Positions 10,896-22,077 of a DNA stretch of 64,000 bases are shown here, one piece after another. Origin of the DNA: Candidatus Thorarchaeota archaeon (GTDB lineage Archaea; Asgardarchaeota; Thorarchaeia; Thorarchaeales; Thorarchaeaceae); assembly GCA_963726195.1 (NCBI GenBank), contig CAVSBO010000017.1, positions 1-64,000 of the forward strand. Reading direction: 5' to 3'. Both the position numbers and the translations under genes were made by a program. Position 1 is the first letter of the stretch; every line of letters begins with the position of its first letter. Under the pieces are notes generated by a model. It had not been told where the DNA came from. It ran no database searches and saw only the letters and a program-made list of their open reading frames with translations.

Positions 10896-11225
10896 ATGAG
10901 CATAAGTGTTGACGCTTACCTTGAACAGCAGAAATCGCCTCAAAAGGAGATTTGCCAGAAACTAAGACGAATCATACTGAAAACCATCCCCGGAGTCGCG
11001 GAAGAGATGAGATCGGGGGTTCCGACCTATGCTGGTGGGAAGCTTTACTTCGCGGCGTTGAAGACGCATGTCAATCTTGCTCTGTCACTAAAAGGGCTTC
11101 CAAAGGAAGAGCAGAAGCTGATTCAGGGATCTGGAAACACAATGAAGCACATCGTTATTCGTTCCTTGGACGAGATGGACGAAGAAAGAATCGTCGAATT
11201 CCTGAGCTTGGTTCGAGGGAAATAG
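10896..11225 (+). CDS. DUF1801/YdhG-like protein
   Basis: VDAYL...LRRIILKTIPGVAEEMRSGVPTY...HVNL...GSGNTMKHI. Confidence 0.8.
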   Translation: MSISVDAYLEQQKSPQKEICQKLRRIILKTIPGVAEEMRSGVPTYAGGKLYFAALKTHVNLALSLKGLPKEEQKLIQGSGNTMKHIVIRSLDEMDEERIVEFLSLVRGK

Positions 11226-11400
11226 GGTCACAAGGAAGGGGGCACACTGTCAACCCATGTGCAGCCACAAAGGCTTGCACAAGAACGGAACGAAGAAGAC
11301 GGCAGCAAGGGACAATTCACTCCACACCTCTCCGCATAGAATAGCGTCATGAATCAACACAGTAAGACATAAGCGCCCTTTCTCCAGCCCCGAAAGCGAT

Positions 11401-12549
11401 ATGAAAGGAAAGCTAGTGTACCCGTACTCAGATTCACTTCTCAACTATCACTTCGCGGACAACCATCCATTGAAACAGGAGAGGCTAAAGCTCACTTACA
11501 TGTTATCAAAAGAGCTCGGCCTACTGAACAAGGTGCGTGAAATAGCCCCGTCCATGGCAACCAGGGAAGACATAGAGATGTTCCACGCCCCTGACTATGT
11601 CGATGCCGTGATGGCAAGTCATGATGAAAGCTACATCAATGCAAGATACGGAATTGGCACGGATGACAATCCATCCTTCCCGGACATGTACGAAGCCGGG
11701 GCCAGGTATGTCGGAGCCACTCTTGACGCTATGAAGGAAATCATCAAGGGAGCCTCAAACGCTTTCGTCATTTCGGGCGGCCTCCATCACGCACAAAGAA
11801 GCGAGGCCTCAGGATTCTGCATTTTCAATGATATCGTTGTCTCAATCATGCACCTGTTAAAGAAGAAGCCATGTCGTGTTCTTTACTTCGATTTCGACGC
11901 TCACCATGCAGACGGGGTACAAAACGCCTTCTACAGATCCAAGGATGTCCTCACCATCTCGGTTCATCAAACAGGAAAGACGCTTTTTCCCGGGACGGGC
12001 TTCATCTATGAAACGGGTGCAGGTGAGGGAGTGGGATACTCTGTGAACATTCCGCTGTTGCCAGGTGGTGGGTCTCCCGAACTCATTCGAGTCCTAGATG
12101 AGATTGTGGTTCCATTGTTCGAATCATACCGTCCCAACCTTCTGGTCACTCAATTGGGAGTTGACGGACACTACATGGACCCGCTAGCCCACCTGACATA
12201 TACAACGCATGGGTATGAGACGGTCCTGAAACGTCTAAAGGCCCTTTCAAACAGCATATGCGACATCGGTTGGCTTGCAACGGGTGGAGGAGGTTACCAC
12301 GTCGTCAACGTTGCCAGGCTGTGGACACTTTTCCTGTCTATCATTCTCGACGAGAAAGTGCCTTCCGCAATGCCCCAAGATTTCATCGACAAGTGTAAAG
12401 ACATGAACTTCTCAGAGTGCCCCATGACGATGAGAGATGAACACGAGATTGTTCAAATGTACTTCACAAGAGAAGAAGTGAGTCTCGACCTAGAGCGCAC
12501 GCTGCGAAGACTCAAGGAGCTCGTGTTCCCTTACCACGGCCTCGTCTGA
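11401..12549 (+). CDS. acuC: Zn-dependent deacetylase (HDAC/AcuC family)
   Basis: HPLKQER, GGLHHA, SGFCIFND, DFDAHHADG, FPGTG, QLGVDGH..DPL, GGGGY. Confidence 0.92.
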   Translation: MKGKLVYPYSDSLLNYHFADNHPLKQERLKLTYMLSKELGLLNKVREIAPSMATREDIEMFHAPDYVDAVMASHDESYINARYGIGTDDNPSFPDMYEAGARYVGATLDAMKEIIKGASNAFVISGGLHHAQRSEASGFCIFNDIVVSIMHLLKKKPCRVLYFDFDAHHADGVQNAFYRSKDVLTISVHQTGKTLFPGTGFIYETGAGEGVGYSVNIPLLPGGGSPELIRVLDEIVVPLFESYRPNLLVTQLGVDGHYMDPLAHLTYTTHGYETVLKRLKALSNSICDIGWLATGGGGYHVVNVARLWTLFLSIILDEKVPSAMPQDFIDKCKDMNFSECPMTMRDEHEIVQMYFTREEVSLDLERTLRRLKELVFPYHGLV

Positions 12550-13192
12550 CCTCGGTCTTTGCCGGCTCTTTGGCGTCTGAGCAAGCTTCGACCTGCAGGC
12601 TGATCCACTTACGAACCAAGTCGGTGACTAGGCTTGACGCCGCAGCCATGATGGCCGAGTCCGCATCTTCGGCCAGAAGCGAAGATGGGTCTATGCCAGA
12701 TCTTGCCATTCTCAGAAGAGGGCAGAAGCAGAACAGACCAAGAGCCTCAACTACCTCAAGAGAGTCATTGCCACTGACATCGACTTTGGTACCGAGAACG
12801 TCTGTGGGCAGGCTGCGGGAATCAGAGTCAAACAAATCGGCCATTGTTTTGAAATCCGAACTTATGACAACGTCGGGCTCCATGCATTCATCGGACACTG
12901 TGGACACGCCGTGCTCAAATTCAATAGAGCAGACTTCGCCGGTATCGGTCATCTTGAAACATATGGTCAGCGCGCGGAATGACTGCTCAGTTCCATCGAG
13001 GTATTGCTCGAACTCGCTGTCGGGCATGTTTTGGAGCTCTCTGGCTCTGTCAATGCTGACTTTCAGAGCAGCCCTGCAACCGTCAATTACTGGAACAAGG
13101 TACTCCATGAGCATATACTGGTCCTTGTTGATTTCGCCTGAAATGTTGCGAATGACCTTCTCGAACGTCCTTGCTCCTTTGACCTCGCTCAA
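12512..13192 (-). CDS. Hypothetical protein with possible SCP2-like sterol-carrier domain
   Basis: Central segment TICFKMTDTGEVCSIEFEHG...PDVVISSDFKTMADLF...VDVSG resembles the SCP2 pattern. Confidence 0.55.
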   Translation of the reverse strand: MSEVKGARTFEKVIRNISGEINKDQYMLMEYLVPVIDGCRAALKVSIDRARELQNMPDSEFEQYLDGTEQSFRALTICFKMTDTGEVCSIEFEHGVSTVSDECMEPDVVISSDFKTMADLFDSDSRSLPTDVLGTKVDVSGNDSLEVVEALGLFCFCPLLRMARSGIDPSSLLAEDADSAIMAAASSLVTDLVRKWISLQVEACSDAKEPAKTEVRRGRGKGTRAP

Positions 13193-13299
13193 ATCATTTC
13201 ACGCACACGCTTGTTGCACGCTATTTAGAGATAATGATACACTCACAATACATGACACATTCACAAAAAAGGCCGTATTGAAGTATCCATACTAGTACT

Positions 13300-14055
13300 A
13301 TGACGACCGATATTCACACGCATTTGGGCACAGACCGCACTTCGATTCACAAGGTCAATGAGTATGACTACGCAAGACATACTGACACTCTACTCCAACG
13401 GATGGACGTCTTTGGCATTGAACGGGCGGTTCTGACCCCGGTTGACCCTTTCAATGGTACAGACCTTTACCTCCAAGCGGCAGCAGTTAGCCCAGAACGC
13501 CTATACGCAGCATGCGAGATTATGCCCAGGCCAATCGATGTGGCCCGCCGAAAACTCAAGAACTACGTGGATGAAGGTTGTGTGGCCCTTGTTCTCGATG
13601 ACAGCATGTACTATCCGAGTGATCCTGCGGTCGATGCGCTTGTCGAGTCGGCTGTTAGCACAGACCTGCCTGTGTACTTTCACAGTCACGAACTGACTGG
13701 CGACACGATTAACCTCATCGATAAGGTCACGACACTCTGGCCTGATGGAAAGTTCGTGGTTCTGCATATGGGCGGCTTGTTTGGGTTTCCGAACCTACTT
13801 CCATTGATAGGTCGTCGAAATCTCTGGCTCGATATATCTGTCACATTTGTGAAGCTCGTGGAGTCTCCGCTCCGGGTGTATCTCGATGCGCTCCTTCAGG
13901 ATGTAGGAGTGAAGCATTTAGTCTACGGATCCGAGCATCATACCGAGTATCCGGACCTCATGGACTCACTCAACATGATTGACCTTAATGTTGAATCAAG
14001 CCGCGTAATATTGAAAGAGAATGCGTGGCTGATACTCGGGATGTCCTTTTCCTAG
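13300..14055 (+). CDS. Amidohydrolase family (TIM-barrel) protein
   Basis: DIHTH, LPVYFH, VVLHMG, WLDIS, VYGSE. Confidence 0.85.
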   Translation: MTTDIHTHLGTDRTSIHKVNEYDYARHTDTLLQRMDVFGIERAVLTPVDPFNGTDLYLQAAAVSPERLYAACEIMPRPIDVARRKLKNYVDEGCVALVLDDSMYYPSDPAVDALVESAVSTDLPVYFHSHELTGDTINLIDKVTTLWPDGKFVVLHMGGLFGFPNLLPLIGRRNLWLDISVTFVKLVESPLRVYLDALLQDVGVKHLVYGSEHHTEYPDLMDSLNMIDLNVESSRVILKENAWLILGMSFS

Positions 14056-14118
14056 GGGTTTGCTGACATCGAGAGAGACACTCAGGGCTAATGCCGCACT
14101 TGGAAATAGACCTGTCCC

Positions 14119-14460
14119 TTAGACCGAGTTGGGCGTTAGTACTGCTTCATGCATCAGGTTCTCGAGCTCTTCTATTCTAGGCAATCCCACAACGCGGCTC
14201 CTGCCTATCTGGATAGTCGGTACCGCAGATATTTCGAGGAATTTCGCGAGGTCTGGTTTCTCATCTAGCGGTAGCTCGACTATCTCTACACCGAGCTGAT
14301 CATAGCAAAGGTTCTTGGTGACCTCACGTACCATGGCCAAAGCTTCCTTACAGAAAACGCAACCGCCACTGGTGAATACGCTCACAGTGATGGGGAAAGG
14401 TCTGGGTCTCGCAGCCTCGACAATCCCCACCGCTTGCTTCCCTTCTTGAGCCTGTGCCAT
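14119..14460 (-). CDS. Thioredoxin/glutaredoxin-like protein
   Basis: FTSGGCVFC, AVPTIQI, VGLP. Confidence 0.85.
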   Translation of the reverse strand: MAQAQEGKQAVGIVEAARPRPFPITVSVFTSGGCVFCKEALAMVREVTKNLCYDQLGVEIVELPLDEKPDLAKFLEISAVPTIQIGRSRVVGLPRIEELENLMHEAVLTPNSV

Positions 14461-14532
14461 CTCTCCGCAATGTCTCGCTGTCAGTGCTTCATGCCTCCTG
14501 CATTGGCTGCGTGCTCTGCCTCTGGAAAGCAG

Positions 14533-14832
14533 CTACTCCGCGAAGACCGGTGGCTTCAGCCGAACGTGTTCGGTGACACTATCTATCGCTCGCATGGGTA
14601 TGGATTCCCAAATCCTGCCTCCGCCCGCTGTCGACAACCTTTCAACAATCACCATTGGACCTTCAGCCTGATCGTACCACACTCTGCGAATATGACCAAT
14701 CGGGAAGCCCCTGAAATCGCAGACAACCTTGTTCTTCAAAAGCCATTTCACGTTGGAGTCCGACATGAGTTGTCGACCGACGTTAAGAGGCCGCGACTTG
14801 AAGAGCGTGTGTGTATCTAGCGTAACACTCAC
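14533..14832 (-). CDS. PRC-barrel domain protein
   Basis: LKNKVVCDFRGFPIGHIRRV..D...IPMRAIDSVTEHVRLK matches the PRC-barrel pattern. The start may be MSDSNV. Confidence 0.7.
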   Translation of the reverse strand: MSVTLDTHTLFKSRPLNVGRQLMSDSNVKWLLKNKVVCDFRGFPIGHIRRVWYDQAEGPMVIVERLSTAGGGRIWESIPMRAIDSVTEHVRLKPPVFAE

Positions 14833-14871
14833 GCATTGTTGTGGGAATAGCGGCCTGCCACCATGTTTGCA

Positions 14872-15402
14872 CTAAAGAAGAGAGAACATGAATACCAAAC
14901 ACTGCAGTAGCCAATTCATGATGATGGGGAAGAACAGCCACACTACATAGTTGCCGACGGGAGCATAGAATCGGTTCAGATTCGTGGGCACGAAATCGAA
15001 GTAGCCACTGTCGACGCGGGTCCATTGCCACAGTCCCTTTGACTTGCTAAGATAAGGTTCGAGGATCAGAGAGTCGAGAAGGAGCCCGAGAATCCCAGAA
15101 CCAGTAACTGCTGAAAACCCTTTCAGCCCCAGTGTGAGCGCGGTAATGAGTGTTCCCTGGACGACAAATACCCACATGAAGGGAACCCATGTCGGTACCC
15201 GCCCCACAAACACTCCGTTGGCATTGGTGTAGTGGTAGTATCCTTGGCCTGAGACGTAGTGTTCGCCTAAACCACCGATGGCTAGTGTAATCAGTATCTG
15301 GATGGTCACGTACCAACCCGCATCAAACCATATGATGTATGAAGTTGCAGCTGCCAATCCGGCAAACAGCACGGTGAGAAACAGACCGAAAACCTTGGAC
15401 AT
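14872..15402 (-). CDS. Membrane protein, carotenoid-biosynthesis (CruF/DUF422)-like
   Basis: GEH...G.YHY...GRVPTWVPFMW, LDSLILEP...GLWQW, PVGNYVVW. Confidence 0.6.
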   Translation of the reverse strand: MSKVFGLFLTVLFAGLAAATSYIIWFDAGWYVTIQILITLAIGGLGEHYVSGQGYYHYTNANGVFVGRVPTWVPFMWVFVVQGTLITALTLGLKGFSAVTGSGILGLLLDSLILEPYLSKSKGLWQWTRVDSGYFDFVPTNLNRFYAPVGNYVVWLFFPIIMNWLLQCLVFMFSLL

Positions 15403-15405
15403 CCC

Positions 15406-15717
15406 CTACCGATTCCTCCGATGGACCCTCTCTTTGGCCGACTTGAAGAGTCTGCGCGCCTGTTCCGTTCTCGCCTGAAGTCGAACGACGTAGCTCCTAC
15501 CCACCCTGTCCTTCTCAATCTTCACATTGTTGAGAACCTCCTGCACCGACACGAGCATGTCGACAACCTTGTCAACGGTTCTTCTGTCAACGCCGGTCTT
15601 CTTGGCAAGTCCGGAGATTGAGAGACTCGTCCCGTTTCTAAGCTCTTCAATGATTTTCGTCACAGCTTCGGGGATTCCTACGCGGGGTATGGAAGTAACA
15701 TCAGGTGAAATCGGCAT
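15406..15717 (-). CDS. Winged-HTH transcriptional regulator
   Basis: SLSISGLAKKTGVDRRTVDKVVDML with wing KDRVGRSYVV. Confidence 0.7.
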   Translation of the reverse strand: MPISPDVTSIPRVGIPEAVTKIIEELRNGTSLSISGLAKKTGVDRRTVDKVVDMLVSVQEVLNNVKIEKDRVGRSYVVRLQARTEQARRLFKSAKERVHRRNR

Positions 15718-15815
15718 TTTTGGTCATTGCTTAATGAGGCTAAATGCTATATTAGCATTATTATGCACACATTACTACGCTTACCTAACAAGGTATCGGA
15801 AAAACAAAGGCCGAC

Positions 15816-16397
15816 TCATTTTTCCTCTTCTTTGTCCTTGTCGTAGCCCCAGCCTACGATAGTTTGATCACCTATAGGGAGAAAGGTTCCGGGAACGAAA
15901 TAACCCCCTACGCACATTACAAGGCCGATGATATTCAGAGACCCTCCGGCTATGATGTATTCTCTCGAGTTGCTTACCTGCGTCAGACTCAGGTCGAAGT
16001 AACTTGCGCCGGTAATGTTGTCAATGTACACAACATAGTTGCCTGGTGCGAGATTGACCAGCAATTGCTTCTGGAACACCTTTGGGTTTGTGCCAGCTAG
16101 ATAGTCATCCTGAGTCAGATTCATGTTGACGGATTTCGTAACCAGAGTGTTGTTGTTAACGATTCTGAAACCGATGCTTACCACCGAAACGTTGGCTGGC
16201 TTCACTGTGGCTGCAATCTCAAGCTGAGGGTAGTAACCTGTCGCGTTCACTATTGAGAAGGGCGTTGCATCAGGCGGCGTTACAACGAATCCAGTATAAT
16301 GGTAAGGAGCCATCAGGATTATCGCGCCTCCAAGCAGGATGACGAAGGCCCCGCCCAAGTAGAGGAACGCTTTCTTGCTTCTCAACGTGCTACCCAT
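15816..16397 (-). CDS. Membrane protein with N- and C-terminal TM helices and an extracellular beta domain
   Basis: Two hydrophobic segments and several N-x-S/T sequons. Confidence 0.7.
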   Translation of the reverse strand: MGSTLRSKKAFLYLGGAFVILLGGAIILMAPYHYTGFVVTPPDATPFSIVNATGYYPQLEIAATVKPANVSVVSIGFRIVNNNTLVTKSVNMNLTQDDYLAGTNPKVFQKQLLVNLAPGNYVVYIDNITGASYFDLSLTQVSNSREYIIAGGSLNIIGLVMCVGGYFVPGTFLPIGDQTIVGWGYDKDKEEEK

Positions 16398-16473
16398 TCA
16401 GGATACACCCAACATTCATGTCAAACGGCGACTATAAAGGCTAACGAACACGACAACGCAAATCGGTTGAGTG

Positions 16474-18147
16474 ATGACGGAGTTCGTGCGACTCGCCCAC
16501 GTTCTCGATAGTGTGAGCATTGCTACTGGCCGGAATGAGAAGGTCAATCTAGTGGCAGACTTTCTGCGCGACATTCCCGAAGACGATATCAAACCTGCAT
16601 CAATCTTCTTGGCGGGACGTATCTTTGCTGAGAGCGATCAGAGAACTCTGGACGTATCTTGGAGCGGGCTCCTTGAATCCGTAAGACAAGTCATCGATTT
16701 CTCCGATGCAGACCTCAACAGCGTGTATCAAGGCGACACGGGAGAAGCCGTTGCGGTGCTTCTGAGTTCAACGAAAATCGCGCGTCAGGAGAGCCTGACT
16801 TCTGAGTCACTGTCCATACAGAAGGTGGCTGCGGCATTTTCAGCGATCGCTGATTCGAGTGGGAAAGGTTCCAAGAGGAAGAAGGAGAACCTGATTGCTC
16901 AGCTCATTTCCGCCTCGTCGCCAAGAGAGGCAAAGTATCTGGTTGCCTTCTTGTTGTCTGACACGCGAACAGGCGTCTCAGAAGGTCTCTTGGCCGAAGG
17001 CATTGCAGCAGCGTTCGGAACTGACCCTGAAACAACTAGGAGAGCTTGGTATTTCAGCGGAGATCTAGGTTGGGTTGCATTCGCTGCGAAAACAGGGGGC
17101 AATTCAGGCCTAGAAGTCGTGGGGATTGAGCTGTTCAGGCCAGTCAAGCCGATGCTGGCCACGCCAGCAGACGAAATCGGAGATCTGCTTGCAGCAGTCA
17201 AGGAACCGCTGGCTCTTGAACTCAAGATGGATGGGGCAAGGGTGCAGATACACAAGGATGGTCAACGAGTCAGAATCTTTTCCAGGAGTCTCAGCGATGT
17301 CACCGAGAGCTTGCCCGAAATAGCTGAAGCTGTACGGCAAAGCATAAGGTCAGACAAAGCGATCTTGGACGGAGAAGTGATTGCCGTCAGCGGCGACGGA
17401 AGACCATACCCGTTCCAGGTTGTGATGACCCGGTTCGGGCGCGTCCAAGATGTAGAAACAAAGACCGAACAGACTCGGCTTGAGCTACACTTGTTTGATG
17501 CACTCATGATTGACGGCATTACTACTGTGGATCGTACTTACAGTGATAGACACGAAATGCTAGGGCGAATTGCCCCGATTGCTGTTCTCACTGAGAGCAT
17601 TGTCACATCGGATGTCAAAGAGGCTGCGAGATTCTTCAAGAAAAGCAGGGATTTGGGCCATGAGGGTATTGTTGCAAAGAGACTGGATTCCGCCTACGTC
17701 CCAGGAGTGCGAGGCAGGAACTGGTTCAAGATTAAGCACACATTGGACACGTTCGACCTCGTGATAATTGCTGCAGAATGGGGCTACGGCAGAAGAAGCC
17801 AATGGCTCTCCGACTATCATCTAGCGGTGAGGAACGAGGATACAGGTGACTACGTCATGGTCGGCAAAACCTTCAAGGGTCTTACGGATGCCGAATTCAA
17901 AACGATGACTGATAGACTGCTCACTATCCAGATTGGAGGCGACAGCAAGGTCGTGAGAGTAAGGCCAGAAGTAGTCGTTCAGGTCTTGGCGTCAGACATT
18001 CAAGACAGCTCAAGGTACGATGCTGGGATGGCCCTTAGGTTTGCTCGAATAACTGGAATCAGGGATGACAAACGGCCTGAAGATGCCACAACTCTCGCAG
18101 AGATGCGACGAGCTTACAATGCCCAATTCAAGCGCAAAGCCAAATGA
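16474..18147 (+). CDS. lig: ATP-dependent DNA ligase
   Basis: PMLA, ELKMDGARVQIH, ILDGEV, FDAL, EGIVAK, WFKIK, LRFARI...RDDK. Confidence 0.96.
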   Translation: MTEFVRLAHVLDSVSIATGRNEKVNLVADFLRDIPEDDIKPASIFLAGRIFAESDQRTLDVSWSGLLESVRQVIDFSDADLNSVYQGDTGEAVAVLLSSTKIARQESLTSESLSIQKVAAAFSAIADSSGKGSKRKKENLIAQLISASSPREAKYLVAFLLSDTRTGVSEGLLAEGIAAAFGTDPETTRRAWYFSGDLGWVAFAAKTGGNSGLEVVGIELFRPVKPMLATPADEIGDLLAAVKEPLALELKMDGARVQIHKDGQRVRIFSRSLSDVTESLPEIAEAVRQSIRSDKAILDGEVIAVSGDGRPYPFQVVMTRFGRVQDVETKTEQTRLELHLFDALMIDGITTVDRTYSDRHEMLGRIAPIAVLTESIVTSDVKEAARFFKKSRDLGHEGIVAKRLDSAYVPGVRGRNWFKIKHTLDTFDLVIIAAEWGYGRRSQWLSDYHLAVRNEDTGDYVMVGKTFKGLTDAEFKTMTDRLLTIQIGGDSKVVRVRPEVVVQVLASDIQDSSRYDAGMALRFARITGIRDDKRPEDATTLAEMRRAYNAQFKRKAK

Positions 18148-18319
18148 CGAAGTGCGGTAGGACTGCTTCGAGGGCAATCTTGACTGGTAGTTCTGTGAAA
18201 GACAGAATGCGACGGTCCCTTGGAGAGTCGGGGTTGTCGTCTCCCTGTGGCTTTAAGCAATGGATATATATGTGGAGCCATAACGCAACACTCGCCACAC
18301 GCTTGGGAAGTGCCATACG

Positions 18320-18709
18320 ATGTTCTACGAATTGGCCCTCATTCCGTTCTTTCTTGTTGTCTTCTTCTTCGTCGTCTTCTGGATTGTTGCAGAAGGATCT
18401 CGTTGGCAGAAACACAAGTATCTCGGTATCTTTGCGAGATTCATTCAAACTTCTGCTCTAAGGGCATTCCTAATCTTCCTTCTGCTTCTGGTCACCATGG
18501 TTCCTGTCTGTCTTGGCGTCTTGACTGGTTTCTGGTACGATGTCTGGATAGCACACGCAACCATCTCCACTACCGTTCCAATTGTAGACACACTTCTCAT
18601 CATTCTGTTCCTTGGATCGGCCATGCTCCCGGTTGTCTGGAGTCATTTCAGGAAGTGGCGCCAAGCCGTCAGGAGCGCAGCGGAGACGAGAGTTCGTACC
18701 CTAACGTAG
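18320..18709 (+). CDS. Hypothetical membrane protein (3 TM)
   Basis: Hydrophobic helices, ATG start, TATA-like tatatat upstream. Confidence 0.7.
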   Translation: MFYELALIPFFLVVFFFVVFWIVAEGSRWQKHKYLGIFARFIQTSALRAFLIFLLLLVTMVPVCLGVLTGFWYDVWIAHATISTTVPIVDTLLIILFLGSAMLPVVWSHFRKWRQAVRSAAETRVRTLT

Positions 18710-18789
18710 TCATTGCGCTCTCGTGCCGCCCAAAAGACTGAACCATAGTCGTAGGCTCATCTTCTAGGGCAGCGTGGAGATATGTTAGA

Positions 18790-19674
18790 ATGAGCACCGT
18801 CGATATAGGGAATGGCGTCCATGTCGTCGTAGGTGGAGCCTTTCCGAAATGTAACGCACTTGTGGTTCAATCTGGGGAAGTGGTCGTCGTTGACCCCGGA
18901 TGCTCCATAGAGGCTCTGCGTTCCCTCTTGGCAGACTTGAACCTTGAACTGCGTGATGTTGACACGGTAGTGCTCACACATATCCACCCGGACCACATCA
19001 CGCATGCAGTGAGACTGAACCGATTGTCGAAATGTCGTATTGCAGCGAATGTAATCACAGCGCCGCTCTTTAACGACAAGGAAGAAATGAAGCGATTCCT
19101 CGGGTTTCACCCAGGACAACCGGTTCGACGTCTGTGGGAAGAGATGGTCAATGAGCGCATGCACGGGGCACTAGATCAAGGACGCGTCGACGAAGTTCTT
19201 TCAGATGGTGACAAGATCGCACTAGATGATCTTACACTCAAGATGGTTCTGACGCCAGGACATACTCCTGACCATATGTGCATCGAAATTGTGGAGCCCC
19301 GGTATCTTTTCGGTGCAGACATTGACTGCACGCCGTTCGGACCATTCTACGGTCATCCGAACTCGTCCATTGAATCCTTCAGAGATACCATTCGCAATCT
19401 GCAAGAATCAGACTACTCCTGTCTCATCAGCGGCCATCTGGAGAGACCGGTTGTTGAGAACTACAAGTCAGCACTTGCCGAATACGCGGGTCATTTCGAT
19501 AGAAGAGAAGAGAAAGTTCTCAGGGCTGTGAAGAACGGGGCGAAGTCAATCGAGGACATTCTCGTTAATCCGATAATCTATCCATCGCTTTCAAGTTCGG
19601 TGATGCTCCAGTTTGAGAGATGGATGATCGAGCACCACGTGAAGTCGCTAGTGCGGGCAGGGAAAGCTGATTGA
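18790..19674 (+). CDS. MBL-fold metallo-hydrolase
   Basis: VDPG, THIHPDH, TPGHTPDH, GAD, SGH. Confidence 0.9.
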   Translation: MSTVDIGNGVHVVVGGAFPKCNALVVQSGEVVVVDPGCSIEALRSLLADLNLELRDVDTVVLTHIHPDHITHAVRLNRLSKCRIAANVITAPLFNDKEEMKRFLGFHPGQPVRRLWEEMVNERMHGALDQGRVDEVLSDGDKIALDDLTLKMVLTPGHTPDHMCIEIVEPRYLFGADIDCTPFGPFYGHPNSSIESFRDTIRNLQESDYSCLISGHLERPVVENYKSALAEYAGHFDRREEKVLRAVKNGAKSIEDILVNPIIYPSLSSSVMLQFERWMIEHHVKSLVRAGKAD

Positions 19675-19849
19675 GACCGACAGGGGCTTCTCAGTGCCCG
19701 AGTCATGATTAGCCTCTACGATATGTGAAACCAACCTACACTGTCAGGAGACAGCATGCATGAGCCGCATTATTGCTACACATCGAAGCCTTTAACCGTT
19801 CACAATCGTTAAGGCACTTGTCATATTTGAGTGTCAGGAGGTTGATCAA

Positions 19850-21983
19850 ATGCCGAGGGAATCGCCGAAACCTAATAGGCTGGCGCAAGAGAAGAGTCCA
19901 TACCTACTGCAACATGCGTTCAATCCGGTGGACTGGTATCCGTGGTCCGAGGAGGCCTTCGATAAGGCCCGCAGAGAGGACAAGCCAATCTTCCTCTCAA
20001 TAGGATACAGTACATGCCACTGGTGCCATGTGATGGAGCATGAGTCGTTTGAGGACACACGTGTAGCCCGTTCTCATGAACGACACCTTTGTCAGCATCA
20101 AGGTTGACAGGGAAGAGAGACCGGACATCGACAAAGCATACATGCAAATCGCTCAAGTGATGACTGGCGGTGGAGGCGGCTGGCCACTAACCATTATCAT
20201 GACCCCGGACAAGAGACCGTTTTACGCCGCATCATACATACCGAAGGATGATCGCTATGGGCAGATGGGTCTGCTCAAATTGCTTCCTCGGATGCGAGAG
20301 TTATGGAAGTCCGACCGATCAAACATAAACGAAGTGACAAGCCGCGTTGCAGAGAGCCTGTCTGAGACTGAAGGGTCAGGAGCACATGGAACCATCGATG
20401 TGAACTCCCTGAAGAAAGCATACGACAGTCTGTCACAGAGATTCGATGAAGCGAGAGGAGGCTTCGGCACGGCCCCTAAATTCCCGTCGCCGCACAATCT
20501 AATGTTTCTATTGCGCTACTACAAGAGGACTGGCGAGAAGCAAGCACTCCATATGGTCGAGAAGACACTCGAGCAGATGAGGAAGGGAGGGATATTCGAC
20601 CAGATCGGCTTCGGATTTCATCGCTACTCGACTGACTCTGAGTGGCTGACTCCTCACTTTGAGAAGATGCTATATGACCAAGCTATGTTGACGATTGCCT
20701 ACACAGAAGCATTTCAGGAGACCAGAGACGAAGTCCATGCACAGGTTGTTAGAGAGATTGTAGGGTATCTTGAAAGAGACATGAAGAGCCCCGAGGGCGG
20801 CTTCTATTCTGCGGAAGACGCAGACAGCGAAGGTGAGGAAGGCAAGTACTACGTCTGGTCGCAAGCCGAGGTTATTTCCGCACTTGATATTGAAGAGGCC
20901 GGAGTATTCCAGAGTCATTTCGGCGTGACGCTCGATGGAAACTTCTCTGACAAGACATCAGATTCTCTAACAGGCAAGAACGTTCTCTATATAGCAAAGA
21001 ACCTAGACGAAGCGGCCGCCGAACTTGGTCTTGAAATCAACGTGGCTGCCGCAACTATCAAAAGGGCTAAGCACAAGATGCTGGAAGTCCGTTCAAACAG
21101 GACTAGGCCGCATCGGGACGACAAGATTCTCGCTGACTGGAATGGACTTGTCGTTGCCGCTTTGGCGATTGCCGGAAGGGCCCTTGGTGACGACAACTAC
21201 ACCAGACTGGCACGACAAGCAATGGATTTTGTCTTGACCAACATGCGAAGCACTGACGGCGGGCTTATTCATAGATACAGAGATGGTGAGGCAGCCATAC
21301 CCGCTTTCCTTGATGACTACGCGTTCGTGGTCTGGGGGCTCATTGAGCTGTACGAGACAACCTTTGAACCACAATACCTTGAAGCCGCACGAAACCTGAA
21401 TGAATTCCTTCTCACGCGCTTTTGGGATCCGAAACACGGCGGACTCCTCTTGTCGTCGTACGATTCCGAGAAGCTACCTCTGCAGCAAAGAGACGCATAT
21501 GACGGGGCACTGCCTTCGGGTAACTCCGTGTCTGTAATCAGTATGATTAGACTTGCTCGTCTACTTGGAAACGACGAACTTGAGGGCAGGGCATCAAGGA
21601 TATTGGATGCCTTCGCAGAAGAGATTTCGCAGAACTACGCTGGACACACAATGATGCTAGCAGGCCTCGACTATCTGTTGGGACCCTCATATGAAGTCGT
21701 GGTCGCGGGCGCGCCAGAGAGCCATGAGACACTCATAATGACCAATGCTATGAACGACCACTTCATTCCCAGTGCCGTCGTGATTCTTCGAGGTAACGCT
21801 GAGCAGGTTAGGGAAGTTGACCAAATAGCTCCTTACACGAAGTTCTATGACCGTATCAACAATAAGGCCACGGCATACGTGTGCGTTAACCACACGTGTA
21901 TGCCAGCAACCACAGAACTGGTTCAGATGCTGAGGTTACTGGGCGTTGGCACTAGGGCCGACAGCAGACAGAGTGTATCGTGA
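19850..21983 (+). CDS. Thioredoxin-domain protein YyaL/SPATA20 (DUF255) family; indel near 20070
   Basis: [72 protein letters not shown]. Confidence 0.93.
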
Positions 21984-22077
21984 AGACAACGCCGGGGTTT
22001 GGTGCACATTGGCAAAACATCATATAAGACGTCAGACAGAATTCCCGTGATTGACATTCAATGGTGGTGGAACGAAC

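Noticed and set aside
12570-13295. 241-aa plus-strand ORF
   Set aside because: It is a Ser/Thr-rich antisense shadow of the 12512-13192 gene. The same applies to most short overlapping ORFs in the track.
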